Below, one piece after another: positions 55,300-64,000 of a stretch of 64,000 nt of DNA. Below the pieces are notes generated by a model. It searched no databases. It saw only the letters and a list, made by a program, of their open reading frames with translations, and was not told the origin of the DNA. Source of the stretch: Yuukianura sp. NJ FZ-2021 (taxonomy: Eukaryota); the NCBI GenBank assembly GCA_046563655.1, contig CM102289.1, positions 3,286,001 through 3,350,000 on the forward strand, in the 5' to 3' direction. Position 1 is the stretch's first letter, and every line of letters starts with the position of its first letter. A program made the translations under genes and the position numbers.

Positions 55300-58200
55300 T
55301 TAGGCTGGAATATCTTTATGTCCAAAAGCTAAAGTGTTTACATTATCTACAGCGTATCTCTTGGTGTCCAATCCGTTGAGAGCCCTCTTCATGGTTACTT
55401 CTGTGAAAATTCGGTGTTCGACGCTTCTGAAACCGCGCATGGTAACCATAGTCTGCACATTCTCCTTGAGGACTCGCTCATAGTCTTCATACTTGACCTG
55501 ACCGTTAACCGCTGTTTTTGTAATTCCCTTTGCCTTCTTGGTATACTCATCCTTTAACAGCCATGAACCGTCCGACTTCTTCTGATAAATAGTTCTTCCG
55601 GAGAGGTCACACTTGGCGGTCTGGATTTTGAGACTTCGAATGGTGTACATCTTCGGTCTTGGACAGTACACATGCGTGATAACGGCACCAGCAGCCTCAT
55701 CCTTGAATTTTCCCAGAACTTTTTTGTTGACAGGGTCGTGAAACTTTCCGAATTGTGGATGATCGGCTGGATACTCGCTCATATCGTACAATTCCTTGTT
55801 TTCGAACATGTCCTGGTACACATCCTCGGTTTGAATGTGATAAATGAATGAATCTGCAAGGAAAAAATTGTTTTTACATTTAGCGTAAAAAATTTTGACA
55901 AAAACTAAAAGTAGTTTATACTTACCAGTATCGGTGTATATTAAGCGGCACTTGTCTCCATATTTTGCCTGCATGCCAACCCTGTGATGATGATACATGA
56001 TGCTCTTGGCTAGCTCAAGTACCGTGACTCCTGTGAAGATTGGCTTGGATAGTGTCACTTGAAGTTTCTTCATCATAAAGACACAAGTCGTTTCATTTAT
56101 TGGAATCACGTTCTGGACTGTAGGTTTCTTATTGTAGTAAAGCGCCTTCTCAACCGTTGTGACAATGCGAACATTCTGACGATTACGGACTTGCTCGATT
56201 GTCTTTCCAAATGCGGAGTTGTTCAGCAGCTTCCAAAAGTCCTTGGCAAAGTCACTGGTGGCTTTTTTTTCTCATTTCCGTATTGAAGTCAATAAAGTCC
56301 TTCATCCAAGCGTGCTGTGTGAAGGAGATACCTCTGTGAATTTTTGTGACTTTAACCCCCATTGCCAAGTATTCCTTGAGAATGGCGTGATGAAGGATGT
56401 AGCTTTTTTTGTTGTTCAAATCTGCAACAAGTTTTTTCACTTTGAACAATCCGGGTCCAGACTTGAGGTCTTCCATGAGTTGATGCTGATGAGCAGAGAG
56501 CTCGTCCAGTGTGACAGTTCTTGCAGTAGGAGCTGGAGGATAATCATTAAGCCGATCATGGAGTTCGGGGTCAATTTCCAGGTCAACCTCTAGTAAATAT
56601 CCAGTATCCTTCACCCTGTCCGTTTCTGCAATGAATCCGTCAATATCTCCCAAAATTTTATCTATTTGAGCCTGAGTCAGCCAACGAAAATCTCCAACGG
56701 GAAGCGCTAGACTCATTGCTTTTCCCTAAAAAATATAATAAAATTAATTTCTGACATATTTTCATTAAATGAAATAAATTATGAACATATAAGTTACTAA
56801 CGTATAAATTATTCGCGTCAATGTAAATGATATAATAGTTGGGCTCCTCCGGGTTATACTCGTCGCCCATGTAAGGATGGTTTGCAGTTGCAGAACGTCG
56901 AGATCCCACACACACGAATCCGCCTAAATTAAAAAGAAGTGGCTAGTTTATACCAATTTCAATTATTTTCAATATAATTTCTATATAATTTCTTACCTCT
57001 GATCGCATGCTCTAAGAAACAATGCATCGTAGGGTCGCTGATTAATTGCAGAACAACTCCAGACTTTTTTAGAGCACAATCAATGGCCATCATTGGAAGA
57101 GAGTAGTAATGACCCAGTTCCAGACCGTAACTGTCCATCATAAGCTTCCGAACGCCTTCCATAACGTCAGCTAGAAGGGAGACATCCAGGCGAACGTAGA
57201 GGTCATGCCACTCACCCATGTTTTTGATTTTGAAGCTTTCCCAAACCTTCTGGGCATGTTCGTAAACTGTATCTTGAATTGGTGTTTCGGTCATGTCATT
57301 GAAGAAGGCTTCTTTTGGAGGTAAACTTGTCATTTCAAAGTCTTCACAGGATTTCATAAGTGAGTATGGGTAGGCGCCTTTCTGGAAGAGAAGATCGATG
57401 TTGGCGCCACTGTCGACTTCCTGTTGGAATTCTTGTCGGGTGACTGGAAAGGTGGCATTTGGGTCTTGACGCATTACCTTAACCAAGCCGTCTAGGGATT
57501 TGAGTGTGAAGCCGAGACTGTCTGTAAATCGTAGTTTGTACTTTTCACGTCTTCTAGCATTCCCGACAATGTCTTCGTCGTCTTCTTCTTCTTCTGCTTC
57601 TCCCGAATACTCTGGAGTTACTGTTACACACAAGTACTTCTCGCTACTCTTTGGAATAACGTCAACTTTCTTGATGATTTTGTCTTCTGTGAGCTTCCCC
57701 ATTGATTGTATCAGGAAGTGAACGTCGTAGGAGGATAAGTTGTGCAGGAATACTGGAAATTCCTTTTTGATCTGAGCTTCAAGATTGCAAAATTGATGTG
57801 CCATACCAATGTAATTGAAAGGTGGAAGGTGTGTATGGTGTCGCACTCTTGTTTCACCGAAACAAAATGCTTTTTCACAAAAACAGCATTTTGTTTCGCG
57901 TTCTGAGGCTTCACACTGTTCTCGGGTCATGTTTTGATCCAGCATTCTCGGAGCAATCTTCTCATATTCGTCAACTTCTTTTTGAAGAAATTTGGAGTAT
58001 CTGAGAATGCTCTCAACGAAGTGTGCAGCTACGTCTTCATCATCGTCTGTCATGTGATAGCACTCTCCATAGCGACGGTTACCGTTAAAGTCAACGCAAA
58101 CCCATGCATATCCACATGGCTTGTGGATATTAACACGACCGGTGTTTTCCTTGACTTCTTTTTATTTTGATCCAGTCATTTTTGCTTTGTGCCGTTGGCG

Positions 58201-59748
58201 GCAGACTTCGTGTTCACATGTAGAGTCAAACTTGTTGAGAAACGCTTCAAAATCAGCGTAGAAGCGAAATGGAATGGGCTGAGTTCTAGCCCATTTGTCA
58301 AATTTCAACTTGCACTTATCCCCCTCTGGGTATTTGACTTTTTGAAGCCCCAATGCAGCACAGTATGGAATATGTTCTTTTAGCGTTTTTGCAAGTGTAA
58401 AGTTTGAAAGACAATTTCGACAAATGTGCAACGTGTGGTGAACATTCGGAGGCTTCATCAGCGCTTCAAGATTTCGAATTAGAAGAAAGTGAGCGTTGTT
58501 GCCTTTCATCAGGCACATCAAGTCCATGTGAATTTGTTTGGATTCTTTCGAATTGTAGAGAATTGAAATATTTTCCTGCATACATTTGAACAAGTCGAGG
58601 TCTTCCTTTTGGGTGGCCTTTGACCTTTGACGAGTAGTCTCGTTTTTTCGCGGTGGAGGGGCTGGAGCATCCATGTCATAGCCGAGAACTGTTAGTGAGA
58701 TGTTTGGATTGAGTTGCTCGAAGCGTGGCAGTTGCTGTAGGGACATTGGCCAGTGTAAACCTTGAGTGTTTACCTTTGACGCGTGGGGGGCGTAAGTTTT
58801 GACCTTCTTGTCCACTTTGTAACGATTTCTTCCAAGAGTCGCTCCGACTATTTTATCATGAGCGAGCACTGCCCAAAGGAAGCACTTATTTTGAGAGTTT
58901 GACGGTGTTACTTCACTATTGTCAATGTTTAGCAATGTTTTGTTGTGTTCGGAAAGAGGGAATGGCGTTTCAATAAAAGTTCCAATTTTGGTAAATTGGT
59001 ATTTGGCGGTGACGAATTTAAACTCGGAAATATAGGCCAAGTCCCACCCACTTCCCTCATTTGTAAAATTTTCAATTTGGTTTGACATCTGATGACCCAT
59101 AATATTCCACACCTTTGGAATACTTTCATCAGTGTAAACAAGATGACGAAAAGACGTGAAACAGCCGCGGTTGGTCTCGACGGTGCCGTTAATGTAAGAC
59201 TTTGTGAAATTACATACCATTGAGAAGAATACTTTGACGTTCTTCCATTTCTTTCTGTCTTGCTTGATACATGCTGCAGATGAATCGTAGACACACTTTA
59301 AAAAATCGCGTTCATCGACACCATTTTCACATTTAAAGTCTTCAAATACCGCCCTGTATTGTGTCACCGTGTTTAGCGATGTGAAAAGTGGTTCTACGGT
59401 TATTGGCTCCAAATTTGTTGGAAGTCGACCTCCATCTTGCGTCAGATCAGAGAAAAAATCTGGATGAACTTCGTAAAAATGTTTTTGCATTTCATCGCGA
59501 CACGGAAATGTCAGATTGCATGGTGGACATTTCATTTCACGGTACATGGAAAGAACGCCTGGGCCATCTGTTGGCATCTGTGGAAGTTGTTGTGTTGCTT
59601 CGCTCACAGTCTCGTCCTCTTCATGCTGAATGTGAATGTGAATGAGCAGCTGATTTGCGCATGGAAACTTCTCGTTGCAGATTTCGCATGTGTGGCACCC
59701 GCGCTTAGATGATGGACCCGGAGCGGGAGATGCAGATCTTTTCGCCAT
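55300..59748 (-). CDS. polB: Protein-primed family B DNA polymerase, about 1408 aa after splicing; this copy has an in-frame stop and a +1 frameshift
   Basis: YADFE (ExoI), HNLSSYD (ExoII), KGAYPY, IR|GG, DANNLY|G, KLLNNSAFGK, YTDT|DS, PKMY. Introns at 56924-56996, 56726-56801 and 55854-55925; TAA at 58162-58164; extra A in the run at 56263-56270. Confidence 0.95.
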
Positions 59749-59812
59749 GTTTTCAAAGCTGTGAATTTATGTAAAATGCATTTGTGAATTTCCAAAATAA
59801 TGTTATTTAGTG

Positions 59813-60070
59813 AATGTTAGTTATATAGCTATAAATAATTAAATAATCAGAATAAACAAGCTCCAAAATGTGAAATCGAATTTTATTAAAAATTTCCTTT
59901 GAGAAATCACTGAAAAATCACTAAAAAATGGGATCATAGCTAATGTTAGTTAATAAATAATCAAATAATCAGAATAAACAAGCTCCAAAATGTGTAATCG
60001 AATTTTATTAAAAATTTCCCTTGAAAAATTTCCTCTGAAAAAGCACTGAAAAATCACTGAAAAATTAATA
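59813..60070. repeat. Imperfect direct repeat (~129-bp period) with CACTGAAAAA motifs upstream of polB
   Basis: AATGTTAG...AAATAATCAGAATAAACAAGCTCCAAAATGTG.AATCGAATTTTATTAAAAATTTCC begins at 59813 and 59942. Confidence 0.8.
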
Positions 60071-60485
60071 AAAAATGAAAGCATTGTTAATAATAGTTAA
60101 AAAAGTGTCAATGAAATGTTAAGAAGCCGTTTTATAGGTCAGTTGTTTTTATAATTTATTTATGTTTCCAGCATCCATTTTGAAAAGTCACTGAAAAATC
60201 GGTTTTTCTGTTGTAACTTTTTTCAGAGAAGCGTTAAATGAAAACTAAAACCAGCGCTCGATTCCCCATCAAATTCTGTGTTGGAGAGTAACCTTTATGA
60301 CTCTTTAAATTATGAAAAGCATAAGCCACATGCAAAAAACGTTCAAATTAGTGTTAAAATTAAGCGCTACTTTAAGTGGCTGTAACTTTTAAGGCATTAA
60401 GTTTATGTGAAAACAAATTGCACCAGCGGATTCGCCAGGCAAATGTGTATTGAAATCAGTACTTTAAGCACTGATTAGTGACAAA

Positions 60486-61983
60486 ATGGAAAAAACTGAA
60501 AATTTTTAAAAGTACCAGTGCAGAATCAGCCCCTTCAAGAACTCCTGCGCAAAGCCAGTGAAAATCAACAGTTTGTCGACGCCATTGCTGCGGAACAGCC
60601 TCTTCCAGCGTACTTTTACGACCACTGGGAAGAAATCATGGAAGTGTTGCTCCTCGACATGAGAGGGAAACCTCTCGGAGTTCCTCGGGAGATTCGCGCC
60701 GATTACTCGGCAGTCGTCGACAAATTTTTGGCAATCAGGTAAGTTTTCAATCATTAAAAACTTTATTACCCAAATTAAAAACAGTTAATTTAAATTTTAA
60801 AAACAGTTAATTTCAATTTTAAAAACAGTTTAAACACGACAATTTGTTAACTTTATTTCAAAATTTCAGAAACACAACCACTGATCGCGACGAGCTCATC
60901 AATATGGTCAACGGAATTGTTCGTACACAGCGCGGACTCCAGGAAGTACATTCGTACTTCATGCTCAAGAATATCCTTCCGGAACATCGCGCAGACTGGA
61001 CGGTTTCAGTCAGCTACACACCTCTTCCGGACACTGCTCAAATTAAAACGGAAATCCCCGCTGCAGATTTGTACTGGGCAAGGGAATTCCCACTCAAGTG
61101 CAAAGAAGTTTACTACGATCACGGCATCGTTAAGGTGGCGAAATCTCACGTAGACGAACTTCGGAAAAACCCAGCAAGTGGAACCTTCCCTACTGTTTTC
61201 ATCGCGTTCATGACGGTTAGTTGCGTTATATTTTACATATTTACTATTTATTAAATTTACTAATTCAGGAAATTTACTAATCATAAATTTGTTCTGTTTT
61301 TGTGTAGAAACTCATGGAAGATGTCAGAACTTCAGGGAAAAAAATTCACTACGTCCCGACGGAGCAAGCATGGCGTTGTGTGAAGTGGAACGTGTCGGAA
61401 GATATCCAGCCGGCTTTGGGCTGTCCCTACTACGACCTAAGAGCGACATCGTTTATGAGCCCGACAATGGACGTGTTGGGCATTATTGATGTGCCGTTTT
61501 TGGCCATGCCATCGGACACTGAGATCCTGCTGGTTAGCGTGAAAATTCCAGGACATATCCTACTAGTAGCCGTTGACATCAAAAATTGGTAAGTTTTCAT
61601 TTATTATGTTACTTTACTTCATTGTGGGTTTGCATGTGCTTAATACTGTTGTTTTATTTTTTAGGTGTGGCTACTTTTATGACTCATTTGCGCCAGCGAG
61701 GCTCTTCAATGTGAGAATTCAACTGGACAGAGTTCTCCGCCACAAATTCAACATGCCTTATTCCATTCGATGGGACTACGCCAACTTTAATCGCAACATA
61801 TTCTACTCATCATTGGGACCGGCCAACAACTGCGGCAGACTTGCTTGTCATGCTGCGCGAATGGTTGTTGAACATGGAAATGCTGATGTCCATAACAACA
61901 TCGACCTTGCTGGAATGCGGCGGACATATAATCTTATTATCAAGTATGCTAGGAATGCCCGCATCTGTAAGGGTGACAAGTAA
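60486..61983 (+). CDS. Ulp1/SENP-like (clan CE) cysteine protease-fold protein, four exons; start uncertain
   Basis: Introns 60739-60869, 61216-61307 and 61589-61664 join four ORF-track pieces in frame, giving ILLVSVKIPGHILLVAVDIKNW|CGYFYDSF...NNCGRLAC (His-Asp-Cys order). ATG 60486 needs one extra base to join the frame. Confidence 0.7.
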
Positions 61984-62287
61984 ACCGTCAGGAAAAAACG
62001 TTAATCAGTCTTAAAGTTATTTTGTTTGATTTGATTTTTCTTTTATTCAACTTTTTTTAACTTAACAACTTATAAATTTTGTTTTTTAAATAATACAATT
62101 TACTTTATATTTTTTAAATTTTTAAATTTTTACTATTTTATTAAACTTTTTAACTTTATAACTTCTTAATTTATTATAAAGAATACAATTTACTTTATAT
62201 TTAAAACTTTTTTAAATTTTTTACTTTTAACATTTATTACAACATTATAAATAATCTAATTATTTCAAAAATTTATTGTCGTTTTAT

Positions 62288-63061
62288 TTAGTTACGTTTG
62301 CTCAAACGCTGAAGAGCTAAGCGACGACGATATATGTTTAGCTTAAAAAAAGCAGCAGATTGTTTCAATTCCTTCCGACGACGAATCCATCGTTGGAACT
62401 TTTCTTTGCGCAAACGTTGCAATTTTTCTTCGCGCATTTTTAATTGATATTTTCGATGAGATTCTTCCAACTCTTTGTCAAATTCAATGGATGACTCCAG
62501 AAGTAGCCGCCGGAGTTCCTGATTTCTCTCCCCACGATGTCGTGCGTCTTCAATACTTCCAAGGGCTTGATACGTTTCGTATCTGCATCCGTACGTCTCG
62601 TATCTGCAGCTGTAGCGATGAGGCGTGATGTTGATTACAGTGTCATCCCGAAAAATGCCGCGCTCAAAGTCGAATTTTTCGGTGAGGGGTAGTAGCTCTT
62701 CGATGGAACAATTTTTGAATAGTGAAACTTCGACTGACGTCCTGAGTGGTGCAATCGCCGTCACAAAGTTTTTCGCCGTAAGGACGCGTCCAATCGGAAA
62801 ACTTTTTAGAGCCGCCAGCACAACTCTAAACATTTGTTTCTTCTTGAATTCAAGATGGACGATATGTGTCTCACCAACACTTATCATAAATGGGGTGTAC
62901 TCTGCAACTTTGGCAGCCATCTTGTCAAGCATTGGCTTGAGTATGGCTAAGGAATCTGGAAATACTTTAGCCAGTTGCAAAGCGCTAGACCTGTCCAAAT
63001 TTGAAAATATTTCTAATTGGCACAGGTATGGGAGCTGCTCGAAATCGAATTTATATGCCAT
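62288..63061 (-). CDS. F-box-containing protein with basic coiled-coil C-terminus
   Basis: N-terminal FEQLPYLCQLEIFSNLDRSSALQLAKVFP fits the F-box consensus L..LP.E....IF..L....L..L..V; first ATG at 63061. Confidence 0.7.
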   Translation of the reverse strand: MAYKFDFEQLPYLCQLEIFSNLDRSSALQLAKVFPDSLAILKPMLDKMAAKVAEYTPFMISVGETHIVHLEFKKKQMFRVVLAALKSFPIGRVLTAKNFVTAIAPLRTSVEVSLFKNCSIEELLPLTEKFDFERGIFRDDTVINITPHRYSCRYETYGCRYETYQALGSIEDARHRGERNQELRRLLLESSIEFDKELEESHRKYQLKMREEKLQRLRKEKFQRWIRRRKELKQSAAFFKLNIYRRRLALQRLSKRN

Positions 63062-63326
63062 TTCGACAATAACAAATTTACTTTGCAATTACTGTTTTTA
63101 AAAAGTTTTTTTCAGTTGTTGACGCGGCAAGAGAGAAGCTGAAAATGAACAACTTTTTAACTTTGTAATACACAAAAATAAAAAAGTATTTGTTTTTGCT
63201 CCGGGCGTTGGAGAATTCAAGGAATTGACAAGTTCAAACAAGAACTTTCGTTTAAAAGTTCTTGGAATTTGTTAGGCCTCGGGTGTTGGAAAATTCTAGG
63301 AATTGTCAAGTTCAAACAAGAACTTT

Positions 63327-63418
63327 TGAGTTTTTTCCCTCCCCAATATTGCGGCCGACTAACCCCCGTGGATGTACTAAAAACAGGAGGGTGCTGTTGT
63401 CCCAACTTACTCACTACT
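63327..63418 (-). repeat. Right terminal inverted repeat of the Polinton
   Basis: Reverse complement of 46327-46418 (91/92 identical). Confidence 0.97.
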
Positions 63419-64000
63419 ATTCCAAAATAATGTTAAAAGCAATTCCTAGTTCAATATAATTTATAACTATTTACTGCATTTCTTCAAAAATTCTGCGATT
63501 TAACAATTTATCCTGAATAGCGAATTTAAAGTTCCTTACTAAATGCCAAATTTGGTGACTAAATTTTACTTAATCAATAAATAAACCTGCGTTTTATTAC
63601 TGAGCTAACGTAAGTTTGGTTAATGTTGTGTCACTTTTCTAGAATCTTCAATTCCTGAATTTCATAAGTGCCAAATCCGTTTTTGATCTAAGAGATCGGA
63701 TTCATAAGTCCTGGAGTTAGCTACGACTGCAACTTTCTTGCCAAAGCTGCGTAAATACTTCATAAGCAATGATGACGGACGTGCCCAGAATACAGAGAAA
63801 TTGTATCCAACATTTACCACGGTCACGGCGCTTCGACATGTTTTGGTTGCAACATCAACTTTTGCCTCTCTTCTAAGTGTTGCCGTTCTCAACATGTACA
63901 CGTTTTTTCAAAAATTGTGGAAAATTTAATAACAAAAAGTCTAAATTGGTACTTCGCTAACGAGCCCGTTAACGGGCTCAAATTACTTGTATTGTTCAAA

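Larger units (their letters stand above)
46327..63418. mobile_element. Complete Polinton/Maverick (adintovirus-like endogenous DNA virus), 17,092 bp
   Basis: AGTAGT...ACTACT termini, 92-bp TIRs with one mismatch, flanking ATTCC duplication (46322-46326 and 63419-63423). Encodes pPolB, rve integrase, A32 ATPase, adenain protease, and major and minor capsid proteins. Confidence 0.97.

Noticed and set aside
63662..63929. Short ORFs right of the Polinton
   Set aside because: Near the window edge with no recognisable motif; cannot be supported.

Overview
Eukaryotic, AT-rich genomic DNA with short GT-AG introns. TTAGG repeats and the nAChR exon layout point to an arthropod. Host part (1-46 kb): two tandem SLC22/Orct-like transporter genes, and a minus-strand nicotinic acetylcholine receptor alpha6-type gene with three mutually exclusive exon-8 variants. 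Three tandem CYP2-clan P450 genes are nested antisense in one of its introns. A full-length two-ORF LINE follows, with ORF2 in frame with ORF1 behind a single UGA-CUAG readthrough-type stop. The right part (46327-63418) is a complete 17.1-kb Polinton/Maverick (adintovirus-like endogenous virus) with 92-bp TIRs and an ATTCC target duplication. It encodes minor and major capsid proteins, an adenain-like protease, pX-like and core proteins, an integrase, an A32 packaging ATPase and a protein-primed PolB. Unusual features of this element: seven spliceosomal introns (one built from TTAGG telomere repeats, three inside conserved PolB motifs); a Pol III-type A/B-box hairpin RNA candidate resembling adenovirus VA RNA; an F-box plus Ulp1-like protease pair; and a repeated uncharacterised domain in two leftmost ORFs. 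All calls come from reading the sequence by eye; no database searches were run.
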